A stretch of 64,000 bases of DNA from Octopus vulgaris (lineage: Eukaryota). The notes beneath the pieces are model-generated. The model saw only the letters and a program-made list of their open reading frames with translations. It did no database searches and was not told where the DNA came from. The stretch lies in assembly GCA_951406725.2 (NCBI GenBank), contig OX597814.1:168702001-168766000 (forward strand), written 5' to 3'. The translations under genes and the position numbers were made by a program. Positions 40,704-53,430 of this stretch are shown here, one piece after another (positions within the stretch are counted from its first letter, which is position 1; every line of letters begins with the position of its first letter).

Positions 40704-41973
40704 CGAGGGGCGTTCAATAAGTAATACCCCTGACCCACTTGCAGTTGTTTGATCTAGCTGAAATTTTGCATGTGCACTTATTTATACCTCTATAGATTAA
40801 GTGGCGAATTACAGCTCTGAACTAATTGTGGTTTCTGATTTACAGGTGTTTGAACTGAGTCAAGTGTGAAATGGAGCCTGTTGAGTGTCGAGCAGTGATC
40901 TGGTTTTTGTATTTGAAAGGACGCACACCACGGGAGACTTTTGATGAAATGAAAGTAACTTATGGTGATGATGCCCCATCATATGACCTTGTAAAACGCT
41001 GGCATTGTGAATTCAAACATAGTCGGAACTCTGTGGAAACAGCTCTCAGATCTGGTCGCCCCCTTCTGCCGTTGATGAGACGTCTGTCCGTCAAGTTGAG
41101 GCTGCCATTTTGGAAGGTCAACGCATAACTATTCGCCAAATAGCCCATAAGGTCAAGATTAGTACCGGGTCTGTGGAAACTATCATTCATGACCATTTGC
41201 ATATGCAAAAGGTGTCTGCCAGATGGATTTCCAGGTTGCTCACGCCTTTCCAGAAGCAAGAACGCGTTGAGTACTCGAGGATGAATTTGGAGATGTGCCA
41301 AGAAGATGAGTCAAAATTTTTCAAAAGACTGATCACACAGGATAAAACCTGGGTCCATCACTATGATCCATAGACCAAAGCCCAGTCAATGCAGTGAAAG
41401 CACCGTGACTCACCTCCTCCAAAGAAGGCAAGGGTGCAGCCCTCCGCTGACAAGGTTATGCTCACAGTCTTCTGGGACCAGGACGGAGTAGTGATGACAG
41501 ATTTCCTGGCAAAGGGTACCACAATTACAGGAGCCTATTATGCTTCACTTTTGAGGAAATTAAAAGAAGCTATCAAAATCAAGAGGCGGGGCAAGATCAG
41601 CAAAGGCATCCTCCTCCTGCAGGACAACGCTTCGGTCCACAACTCGCGTGTTGCCAGATCAGAAGCACAGGCGTGCAGCTATGAACTCCTCCCCTTGCAC
41701 CCTCTGATTTTCACCTCTTCCCAGCCATGAAGTTGATTTTGAAAGGAAAGCGTTTCCCAGATGATGCAGCCTTGATTTCTGAAGTCACATCGTGGTTGGA
41801 GGACCAAGCTGGGGTCTTCTACAAAAACGGTCTCCAGAGCTGTATCAAACGATGGGAGAAATGCATAACTCTGGGTAGTTCCTATGTAGGAAAAGACTAA
41901 TAACTGTGCCAAGTGTCGTTGCTCTACTGCTATGGGAAGTGGATCAGGGGCATTACTTATTGAACGCCCCGCG
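40704..41973 (+). mobile_element. Full-length but inactivated mariner transposon (~1.27 kb)
   Basis: TIRs CGAGGGGCGTTCAATAAGTAAT.CCCCTGA.CCACT and inverse, TA TSD; transposase 40871-41900 (ITQDKTWVHHYDP, KVMLTVFWD, LLLQDNASVH) with frameshifts and stops. Confidence 0.93.
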
Positions 41974-42001
<28 letters not shown>

Positions 42002-42006
<5 letters not shown>

Positions 42007-42167
42007 TTTTTGGATTTGGTTTGCAAGATTCTTTATGTGAGTTCGTGTAACTATTGAGAAGGTCGCAAGACGCAACGAAAACTTTAGAAAAATAAAGAAG
42101 GAAATAAGTGGGAATTTTACCGGTGAGTGTTAAATTATAAGGCACTAAAAGAGAATGAGTCTCCCCA

Positions 42168-42171
<4 letters not shown>
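42002..42171. mobile_element. (TA)n-inserted short element, inverted tail plus sense arm
   Basis: Shares both parts with 45611-45843. Confidence 0.75.
42051..42087 (+). ncRNA. Variant hammerhead-like fold with U3-A8 core
   Basis: CTA-TTGAGAA-G-GTCGC AAGAC GCAAC-GAA-AACT-T-TAG; sister copies show GTTGC (12766) and AATT (45745). Confidence 0.5.
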
Positions 42172-42250
<79 letters not shown>

Positions 42251-42254
42251 TGTG

Positions 42255-42538
42255 TGGAAGCGCAATGGACTCGTGGTCGTAGGATCGCGGTTTCGATTCT
42301 GAGACCAGGCCTTGTGAGTGTTTATTGAGCGAAAACACCTAAAAGCTTCACAAAGCTCCGGCAGGGGGTGGTGGCGATCCCTGGTGTACCCTTTCGCTAC
42401 AACTTTCTCTCACTCTTTCTTCTGTTGGCCTGCTCGCTTAGCCAGCGGGGTGGAGTCAATTGAAGGCTAAAACAATGCAAAGCGTATTGTAACCAGCGAT
42501 GTGTAGCAACATCTGATAGCCTGGTCGGTCACGGTGAT
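42255..42538 (+). mobile_element. SINE family 3
   Basis: Consensus match; same tail as 45865-46150. Confidence 0.82.
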
Positions 42539-42547
42539 ATATATATA

Positions 42548-42688
42548 TAGTTGAAATTTACAGAAAAACAAAAGACGAAGACAGGTGTATAAAAAAAGAG
42601 CAGGTGTATTAGTTTGACGCTCGAGAAGGTGAGAAAGTATTTTACATTTCGAGCCTACGCTCTTCAACAGGAAGGGACACGACGAAAT

Positions 42689-42692
<4 letters not shown>
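42548..42692 (-). mobile_element. Short element with hammerhead-like CUGUUGA core
   Basis: Minus strand CTGTTGA-A-GAGC GTAG GCTC-GAA-ATGT-A. Confidence 0.6.
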
Positions 42693-42749
<57 letters not shown>

Positions 42750-43093
42750 ATTTTAAAAAAGACTTCTGGAATTAGCTGTCAATCCGTAGTAAATATAAAA
42801 AACAACTTTCAAGGACAATAGTGGTTTATTGAGATGGGAGGTTGTGGATTTCTTTCATATCGAAGTATGATAAACTGAAAAAAGTTCTTTTCATATTTCA
42901 AGGTAGGCTACTAAAGATCCGGGTTTCATATGTTTCATAGCGAGCAGAACCTCAGAAGTGGTAAATACCCAAGCGAGGTGTATACCGCAGTCTACTCTTC
43001 AGGTCAAGGATATCTTGATTAAATGAAAGCTTACATTGTCGCTAGGAGGTACTTGTTAACACACACACACACACGCACGCACGCACACACACG

Positions 43094-43165
<72 letters not shown>

Positions 43166-43166
43166 C

Positions 43167-43361
43167 TCATTACAGATATAGGGTGAAAAATTATTAATTT
43201 GATAAAATCAACAAATTTCACATAGTAGTTTTTCGGTATGAAAAAGGACCATATTCGGTAAAAACTTTACCGAATATGGTCCTTTTCCATACCGAAAAAC
43301 TACTAGGTGAAATTTGTTGATTTTATTAAATTAATAATTTTTCACCCTATATCTGTAATGA
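43167..43361. repeat. Near-perfect ~195-bp palindrome
   Basis: 43167-43264 is the reverse complement of 43266-43361 with few mismatches. Confidence 0.92.
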
Positions 43362-43755
43362 TTATTTCACTCCCCGACGACAAAACTACAAATCTTTTTT
43401 CGGCAGTACTATTTTGTGAGGAAATACGAACTGACTTATTTATATAAATGTGGATATGCTGATTAGCTTTTATATGTTCTGATGACGCTTGGTCAGTTCC
43501 GGCTACCAAATCCACTCACAAGGTTTTAGTCGGCCCGAAGCTATAGTAGCAGACACTTGCTCAGTGTGCCACGAAGTGGGACTGAAGCTGGAACCATGTA
43601 GTTCGGAAGTAAGTTTCCTACCACGCAGTCACGCCTGCATCTATACATACATACATACGTACATACATACATAAATACATACATACATACATACATATAT
43701 ACATACATACATGCATGCGTACATACATACATACATACATACATACATACATACA

Positions 43756-43789
<34 letters not shown>

Positions 43790-43929
43790 CATACATGCAT
43801 ACATATAGACATACATACAGACATACACACATATACATTATATATATATTGTTATATTTCGGGATGGTCTTTTTTTTTGCCAAATAAACACACGCACTAT
43901 ATATTCGTTCTTCACTCGTTTGTTACTGT

Positions 43930-44925
43930 TCTTATTCTAACTCATGTCCATTGTCCGGAAATCTTGTCGTTTTATGGTTGGAAGTTGGTCTATGATTGAA
44001 TTTGTAGCGGCTGATCTTCCCTGAGTGTATCCTTGAATGGTTGGCTGGTCCAGTATCATCGTTAGGAGCGTAGTTAATTTTTTTTTTTAATGTTTCAGTA
44101 GATGTTCCTTTATATTTCTGATTTTTTGGGGTCGGCAGTTGAAAACTTGAGGACCTCTAAATATCGGACTGGTGCAACAGAGTGTTTTTGCTCGTGATTT
44201 CGAACGTGGTATATTTGGAAGCTGATAGTATCTACCAGTTCGTGCATTAAAATTCTCTTTAATACTGAAGTTTGGAACATGTTCCTCCAGGATTTTCCAT
44301 ACGTATATGATCGTATCTCTTTCTCTCTTCAGCGTTCGAGAGAGCAGAAATGCAGAGCTTTCAGGTGCTCCAGTAATTAGGACTTTTAACCAAAATTATC
44401 TTTTTGGTGAACGTTCATCGTAACCCTTCAATTTCTTCTATGAAAGCGGATGAGTTAAGAGAATCTAATCTACTCAGATCTAGGGTTTTCGATAGAGCTA
44501 GCATAACTACCTGTTCTCTTGTCATGAAGGTTCGTAGGATCCATGGTATGAGATGTCTGCATTTAGAAGTGTATCTGGTGATATGGATGATGGAAGATGC
44601 ATCATTTGACCTGATTATTCATAAGTCCCTATGCCTTTAGCATTCTGAATCATTGTGTCATTTCGTGTCAAATATAGTGATTTGTGCGTATTCCTTTTGT
44701 AATGAAGAACCTGAAATTTAGATGTATTAAATTTCATATTATTTTATATATGAGGTTAAGCTCATTTTGGAGTATGACAGTATCTCTGGAGTTTGGATAG
44801 CCATCGATATTTTGGTGTCTTTTGCGTAACTCGTTATGTTGACCGAGTGTATTTGTGACCCCAAACTTGATTGGGTGATGATTAATAATAATGGTCCTAG
44901 AACCGTGCCCTGAGGTATACCACAT
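43930..44925 (-). pseudogene. Decayed CR1/L2-like LINE RT remnant
   Basis: GIPQGTVLGPLL, SYAKDTKI (cf. YADDTK), CSLER*RE..IIYVWKIL. Confidence 0.75.
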
Positions 44926-44939
44926 ATTTTGTTCTCACT

Positions 44940-45300
44940 GTCCTGTTCTTGTTCACCCCCCGCAAAAAGTCCCAAATTTTATTTAATTTGCTTTGCGGGA
45001 AGGACTGTTTCAAAGAAGCCGCGTCTTGTCCTTGCCTTCGAACATGAAGTAGTTGAAACAGGGACAACTGAAGAAGGGTAATATTCTTTATGTTGTATGT
45101 CTTGTTTCTCTGTTTTTTTCGTTGTTCGAAAAAAAAGTTCATTTCTACGTTTTTATTTTTATGTTTTCGTTTTTCATTGTGTTCAACGTTTTTTTGATGT
45201 CCTGTACCCATATATGCATGTATATATACATATATATGTAGGTATGTACATATATGTATGTATATATGCAAATATTTATATATTATTTATATTATTATAT
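44940..45300 (+). mobile_element. Short interspersed element, copy also at 59690-59931 (-)
   Basis: GAAACAGGGACAACTGAAGAAGGG..TGTCCTGTACCCATATATGCATG shared. Confidence 0.7.
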
Positions 45301-45334
45301 GATCGAACGCCACGCATTCTTTTCCAAGTAAGTT

Positions 45335-45406
<72 letters not shown>

Positions 45407-45427
45407 ATATATACATATATCTGTCTG

Positions 45428-45550
<123 letters not shown>

Positions 45551-45563
45551 CTCTATCTATCTA

Positions 45564-45610
<47 letters not shown>

Positions 45611-45614
<4 letters not shown>

Positions 45615-45843
45615 TTTGGATTTGGTTTGCAAGATTCTTTATGTGAGTTCGTGTTTTGAGGCATATTCTGTTGTGTCTGCGGAGAGTCATTCTCTTTTAG
45701 TGCCTTATAATTTATCACTCGAAAAGTTTGCTAGACGCAACGAAAATTTTAGAAACATAAAGAAAGAAATGAGTGGAAATTTTAGCGGTGAGTGTGTTAA
45801 ATTATAAGGCACTAAAAGAGAATGATTCCCCAGACACAACAGT
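45611..45843. mobile_element. (TA)n-inserted head-to-head element
   Basis: 45669-45720 is inverted relative to 45790-45841; the sense arm begins inside the U3-A8 fold (45721-45752). Confidence 0.78.
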
Positions 45844-45864
45844 ATATACATATATATATATATA

Positions 45865-46148
45865 TCACGTGACCGATCAGACCATCAGATGTTGTTACAC
45901 ATCGCTGGTCACAATGCGTTCGCATTGTTTTAGCCTTCGAATGACGCCACCCCGCTGGCTAAGCGAGCAGGCCAACAGAAGAAAGAGTGTGAGAAAGAGT
46001 ACAGCAGGGATCACCACACCCTGCCGGAGCCTCGTGGAGCTTTTAGGTGTTTTCGCTCAATAAACACTCACAACGCCCTGTCTTGGAATCGAAACCGTGA
46101 TCCTACAACCGCGAGTCCGCTGCCCTAACCACTAGGCCATTGCACCTC

Positions 46149-46150
<2 letters not shown>
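45865..46150 (-). mobile_element. SINE family 3
   Basis: Consensus match. Confidence 0.85.
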
Positions 46151-46188
<38 letters not shown>

Positions 46189-46209
46189 CATACATACATA
46201 CATACATAC

Positions 46210-46261
<52 letters not shown>

Positions 46262-46581
46262 GTAAATACATACATATATATATATATATACAGAGAGAGA
46301 GAGAGAGAGAGTGACAGACAGACAGAGAGCAAAAGAGAAAAAGAGAGGCAGAGAGAGAAAGAGAGTCATATACACCGATCAATGTCACTGATCGTAAAAC
46401 AGTTTGTTAATTTACTGAATGCATTGGGCATTGTTAGAGACCCCCAGATTTAGCTGGAAACATTTGTAGGGCTGTATGGTGGTTGGAAAATATGGTTGGC
46501 GATAATGGAAAATAGAATATAGAAACACATATTCATTGACACAAACACACACACACACACATGTATATGCATACGTATATG

Positions 46582-46649
<68 letters not shown>

Positions 46650-46696
46650 ATTTACTATTTATTATTTAATTGAATGCTACATATCCATTTCCAAGC

Positions 46697-46727
<31 letters not shown>

Positions 46728-46980
46728 TGTATGTATGTATGTATGTATGTATGTATGTATGCATGTATGCATGTATGTATGTATGTATGTATGTATGTAT
46801 GTATGTATGTATGTATGTATGTATGCTTGTATGTATTATGTATGTATGTATGTATGTATGTATGTATGTATGTATGTATGTATGTATGTATGTATGTATG
46901 TATGTATGTATGTATGCATGTATGTACATACATACATACATACATACATACATACATACATACATACATACATACATACA

Positions 46981-47075
<95 letters not shown>

Positions 47076-47947
47076 TATATAAACCATAGGAAGAGAAGAA
47101 AATTGCTGCTTCGACTCTTGATTCTTGCAGGGAGACAGGGATTATATTTCTGGAGATAAAATCACATTTGAAAATAATATCACCAATTTATCCATCGTTT
47201 TTATCAGTTAAAGTATCTAAGTCTATTAAAGGGCCTATTTTAAATTCTTTATGTGTTTATTAATTAGATTTAGCCCTTGTGTTAGATTACAGTTTCAGAG
47301 ATAAGTTCATAGTTTAGTTCAAGGTTGTTCGATATTACCGGTTTAAAGATACTTTCTTTCGTATGCCTCAATTTACATCAATCTTGCTGACATATATGGA
47401 TATCAGATATTCTGGACTATCTAATAAATCATACAAAATAATTCCCAAATAACTCCTTAACCTCAGGAATACGGGATGCAGTGATTATCTGTCATCATTT
47501 TAGCTTTCACTCGTGTCAATGACTAGGCTGCGGCCATGCTGTAGCAGAACCTCTAAGGGTTTAGAACGAAGATATCGACTACCCAGAAAGTTTTCTTTCT
47601 TAAGCCTGGTACTTATTCTGTCGTTTTTCTTTTGCTGAACCGCTAAGTTATGGAGACGTAAACTAACCAACACCGGTTGTCAAACCGCGAAGGACAAACA
47701 CAAAGGCATACACATAGATACATGCTCGCACATATACATACAGACACACAAACACATGATATAAATGCAAATATACATACACGCATGCATACATCCATCT
47801 ATCCTTCCATCCATCCATCCATCCATACATACATACATACGTACATAGATACATACATACATACATATATACATACATATATACATACACACACATACAC
47901 ACACATAGACACACACGCTCACACACACACACGCTCACACACACGCT

Positions 47948-47994
<47 letters not shown>

Positions 47995-48841
47995 TCTTTT
48001 GTTTCAGTCATTAGTCTTATTTAATCAACGTTACTTTATCAATTATTAAGTAAACAGTAAATTAAGACACCCCAAATAAACACCTTAAAATAAAATTTCA
48101 AAATACAAAATAAAATGTTAAATATTACATAATGAATGCTGGATAAGAAATGTTTTGCTTGTTATTTAGACTTTTATGTGCCTTTAATTCCGAAGACCAA
48201 TTTTTATCATTGCTTGTGTACATCGTTCATTAATGAGATTAAAATAAGAATAATTAATATAGTAGACATTGTTTATTAATATGATTGAAAGAAAAATTAT
48301 TGGTATAATAAACATTATTAATATGATTAAAAATGAGAATAATTAGCTGAGATTTTCCGTTATCTTAGCTGTCGTTATTTCGGTGTTAGATTTATCTCTC
48401 ACCCATTTTGTTAGCCTCAGGAGAAACCAAGGTCAGTCTGTGACCCATTAACACAATAAATATGCATTGTTTATCATTCTTGACGTTTCTAAGATTATGC
48501 TTCTTATGGGAAGAAAACGGTAAAATTGAAGATTTGGAAGAGCCTAAGTATTTACTACGATTGAACAAGCCTCTAGAAATTGAATACAGGCAATTATTAA
48601 TAACTCGTGGCTGTAGCAGAAAGACACTCGCACGCACACGTACGCGCACACGCACTGCACACGCAACCGCACACGTAAGCGCAGGCAAATTCCTTTCACA
48701 CACACAAGGTGATTCAGAAGTCCCTTTAGGATTTAAATTATATAGAATTTATTTTATCTTGCACCCAATCAAGGATTTTTTTAAAAAATTCAATACTTAC
48801 CCGCTGTTATTTATAGCTTCGTTTACTTCGAGTTAAAAACG

Positions 48842-48933
<92 letters not shown>

Positions 48934-48970
48934 CATATATATATGTATATGTATATATGTATATATATAT

Positions 48971-49006
<36 letters not shown>

Positions 49007-49007
49007 G

Positions 49008-49180
49008 GGAAAGTTTACGAAAAAAAAAACAAAAGACGAAGACAGGTGGTTAGTATAACGCTCAGGAATAGAAAAAGTATTCTACGTTTCGACCCTACGC
49101 TCTTCTACAGAAAGAGACACAGAAAAAACAAGGAGAGAAAAAAATGTGTGTAGTGGCTAACGATCTATCATGGCGACTGT
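49008..49180 (-). mobile_element. Short (TA)n-associated element with hammerhead-like CUGUAGA core
   Basis: Minus strand TTT-CTGTAGA-A-GAGC GTAG GGTC-GAA-ACGT-A-GAA. Confidence 0.6.
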
Positions 49181-49229
49181 GTGTATGTATATACATACAT
49201 ACATACATACATACATACATACATACATA

Positions 49230-49278
<49 letters not shown>

Positions 49279-49514
49279 AATGGCGTTTCGGATATCATCT
49301 TTCATCGGAAAAGAGTATAGAGAGGAAAAAAGGAAAGAGGGGTGGGAGAAAGAGGAGGAAAGGGATTGATATTAAAAATAAGTAAATTTTTTTAAAAAAT
49401 GCTAGCCAGGAGGATAAAGTCAATAAATGAACTCAGAAGGTAGAGACATAAAGTATTTTATCTGGCGAGCTAACGACTTTGCCAGCGAGCTCGCTCATTT
49501 AGAAATCAAATAAT

Positions 49515-49892
49515 CCTTTCTACTGGAAGTACAAAGCCTCAAATTTGAGGGAAAGGATTAAGTCGATTACATCGACCCCAGTATGCAACTGGTACTTAAT
49601 TTATCCACCCTGAAAGGCTGAAAGGCAAAGTCGACCTCGGCGGAGTTTGAACTCAGAACGTAGCGCCTGGTGTGCAAACGATTTTGCCAGCTCGCCGCCT
49701 TTTTTAGAAATCAAATAATTCTTTCTACTCTAGGCACAAGGCCTAGTACGCAACTGGTACTTAATTTATCGATCCCGAAAGGGTGAAAGGCAAAGTCGAC
49801 CTCGGTGGAATTTGAACTCAGAACGTTGCAACAGACGAAATACTGCTAAGCATTTCACCTGGCGTGCAAACAATTCTGCCAGCTCGCTGCCT
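49515..49892 (-). mobile_element. Two adjacent SINE family 1 variants
   Basis: Separated and flanked by three copies of ttagaa(a/g)tcaaataat. Confidence 0.8.
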
Positions 49893-50145
49893 ATTTAGAA
49901 GTCAAATAATAACAGTTGTTTACATTTATTATAAATTTAATTACAGTTACTACCTTTATTATACAAAAGTAAAAGTTCGTGCTGGTTCTAAGTATTTAAG
50001 TGTTTTAGGAAGACATCAGCAAGAAAAAATTATAAAGAAATGCTGGAAAACGTATCTTTATCTTTTATTCTGGATCGGTCATTAGACTGCGACCATGCTA
50101 GGGCACCGCCTTGAGGAATTTTAGTCAAACTAATTGATCCCAGTA

Positions 50146-50647
50146 CCGTAAATCTTCGAGTATAGTCCGCCCTTGAGTATAATACGCAGGGGATTTTTAG
50201 GGGTTGAACATCTGAAAAACCTAAACCTTGTGTATAAAACACACTCCTTCTCTAACTTGAGTCGTGCGTAATTAAGCCAACAGCACCTAGTCGAACAAAC
50301 ACTTCTGCGCATACGTAATACAATAATGGTGATGTTTTTAACTGTTATATGGGAATGTAAATATGTTTGCAAATTGCTTTTGCTACATATTATTCTGTGT
50401 TCTGAATACTTTTATTTGAATAAATGTTGCTTACTGCAAGTTATGGATGATTCTTTTATGACTTCATTGCTTTCAGGTTTAGCTTGAGGTATTTTTACAC
50501 CCGACATCACAAAATGCGTCTGAATAAACATTGCCGGACATTGCTTAGAAAATATTTTTCATTTTTAACCTCGTATATAGTACGTACGAGGGATTTTGAC
50601 CTTTAAATTTTGGGGGAAAAATGCGGATTATACTCGAGGATTTGCGG
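50146..50647. mobile_element. pogo/Tigger-like MITE nested in a minus-strand SINE family 2 copy (~50060-50945)
   Basis: Same TIRs as 30557-31066, opposite orientation, TA TSD. Confidence 0.85.
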
Positions 50648-52190
50648 TACTCATTTTCTTTTTAAGCCTGGTACTTCTTCTATTGGCCTCTTTTGCTGAA
50701 CAGGAATGTAAACAGACAAACACTGGTTGCCAAGTGGCATTGGAAGACAAGCACAAACACAAACCACACAAACTCATACAGATATACGACGGGCTTCTTT
50801 CAATTTCCGTCTACCAAATCCACTCACAAGGCTTTGGTCGGCCTGAGGCTATAATAAAAGACACTTATCCTAAGTCCACGCAGTGGGACTGAACCCAGAA
50901 CTATGTGGTTGCGAAGTAAACTGCTTACCTCACGGCCACGCCCGAGGAAACACAATTATTTCACTATATGACCCTTGTGTTATTAATATACTAGAACAAT
51001 TATCTATTGATTTTTTTTAGCTTATTCAACTCACTCACACACTCATGTACATATATGCACAAATACATACATACAAGCATGCACACCCATACACACAGAT
51101 ACACACGCATACATACATACACACATACACACACACACATACATACACATACATACATACATACATACATACATACATACATACATACATACATGCATGC
51201 ATGCATGCATGCATGCATGCATACATACATACATACATACATACATACATACATACATACATACATACATACATACATTCAGCTCACACTCATGATTATT
51301 GCAGCTACAAGATACATACCAACTCGTCTGCAGCAAAGTATGGTTAGTTGGCTGAATCGTTAGCACACTGGGTAAAATGTTTAGTGGCATTTTGTCCATC
51401 CTTACGATCAGAGTTCAGATCCGCCAATCTTGGGGAGAGAATGCAAATCCTTAATTCATAAGCTACTGGTGATCGCGATATCTGGGACTATAAAAATCCG
51501 AAAGACCTTCTTCAGATTTAAAAGGATGGTGGTTAAAACAAGATACTTTCACTTTTACATAACAGCGCGTTCAACACACAAACGTCTCATTGGCTCATGG
51601 CATCCTGAATCACCTGCGTTTCAGCATCTTTCAACGAGCTCCTGTGGCTCGTCAGTCAAGAGTAGCAGGAACCTTGGGACTAGACAAAATCGCTGGCTTT
51701 CAGCGAACAGAATTGTTCACAAAGATTTATTAAAATAATAATAATCAATATAGCAAAGGTTATTTATTACGTGATTAAAATGAGGATAATTGATACAGTA
51801 AAGATTATTTATTAATATGATTAAAAATGAGAATAATTAAAGTAATAGACATTGATTATTAATATAAGAACCCATTCTGCTGACGACAGCAAGAAGTTTT
51901 GCGATATTTATTTCTAACGTTGATAAAAGAAATCGTAAATCTTCACGCTTCTCTAATCCATTGGGTTTATCTTCGCGATCACAATTAATGGCGTTGCCTT
52001 TAAACCTGTCTTCACTAGATACTATGTTGGAAAAAGCAATAAATGAATATTTCGGAGGTGTACTTGTCTGGCAAGAGATTCGATCAAAGACCGTGTGTTG
52101 AAACTAAAACAACTTAAGCGTAGAAGACACATGATAACCATTCAAAAAATACACAAAGACTGTCAACTGCATCTAAATATTTGTTATTTG

Positions 52191-52285
52191 GTGTCAAAGT
52201 TTTCGTCGAAGCAACTGCGACCTGGTCACTTACACGATTCCACTCAGTGACAAAGTCGCAGTTGGTACGATGAAAATGTTGACAC
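52191..52285. ncRNA. Head-to-head pair of G3-C8-type hammerhead folds
   Basis: Minus 52191-52235 GTGTAA-GTGACCA-G-GTCG..CGAC-GAA-AACT-T-TGACAC; plus 52244-52285 is a more decayed copy. Confidence 0.55.
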
Positions 52286-52555
52286 TAAGTAGCATACGTT
52301 TAAAGGAAGTTAACAGTCATTGTGTTTTTTTGAATGGATAATATATGTCTTCCAGGTCATAATAAATAGCTTACTTCATTCTATAATGGAGATTTCATAC
52401 TACATTACAACATATTTCACACAAGCCTTAATTTTCAAAAGATTGTCTTTCATTATTCTGTACCTCATTGATGATCTCGGACGTTACCTGTGTGGTATGA
52501 AGTTTGTTTCTCAACCACATTCCAGGTTATGGGCTGGCAGCCATCATTTGTATTA

Positions 52556-53430
52556 AAAGTGGTCATGAGTGAATTTTATGCGTTCACATCCTGATATTAA
52601 ATCCATTACACACAACTGAGGCAGTCGACAGTGTGTATACATTACGCATGATACTTAGATGCCTATTTTAATTTAGTACTGCCTCTATTGCATATACATG
52701 ATTTTTATTCAGTCGGATGGCTATTCGCAACATCAGGGGTGATGAATTCTCTCGTCTGAGCATGTGGCTGGCTGCGAGAGCACAGTATTGAAAGGGCCCT
52801 AAAAGGCCAAAATGCATCGGGGGTTGTCGCTAGTCGTTCCTGGGACGAATTTCTCTCTCTCTCTCTCTTTGATATTTATTTTGTTTTTAATGCCGCACAT
52901 CCGTAAGAGATGTTATCTCAGAATTAATACCACAGCAAGTGCCTACCGACAGCGTATATACATTAATCACAATACTTAGATGGCTACTGATATAAGCATT
53001 TCAGCTAAATTAAACGATTTAATTTTCAGCAATTGTTTCTGTTTACAACGGGGCAATTACGAATTACAACGGTCCACCTCCACCCCAGTATGATTTATAC
53101 AAATGAGTGACATACACTGAATAGGATAAAGTAATGTGCATTTTAATGCATAATTTCCCTTCCTTGCTACGACTTCAGGCTTTTGATTATTATCAATTAT
53201 TTATTTCCATGTTAGTAACACATTTTTTTTATCTCAAAGATATCTGCTTTTGTATATATTGTCTCTATTGCATTTCAAACAATTTACGCCTCGTAAAGTG
53301 ACAAATAAAAATTAATTATTTATTCTTTCAGATAAAGTTTTTTTCTTTTTGCATATCATCAAATTATCTATTGTTGCATGTAATTTCAATTAGACATTTT
53401 GTATACAGAATTTACAATTTTTAAAAATTC
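52556..53430 (+). repeat. Old dispersed repeat related to ~4970-6520
   Basis: Shared AAAGTGGTCA.GAGTGAA start and alignable blocks (CATTT.AGCT.AAT.AACGATTT..CAGCAATTGTTTCT; GAATAGGATAAA; GATATCTGCTTTTG). Confidence 0.6.

Noticed and set aside
45065-45100. CTGAAGA followed by a hairpin in the 44940 family
   Set aside because: No GAAA after the stem, so not a hammerhead at this position
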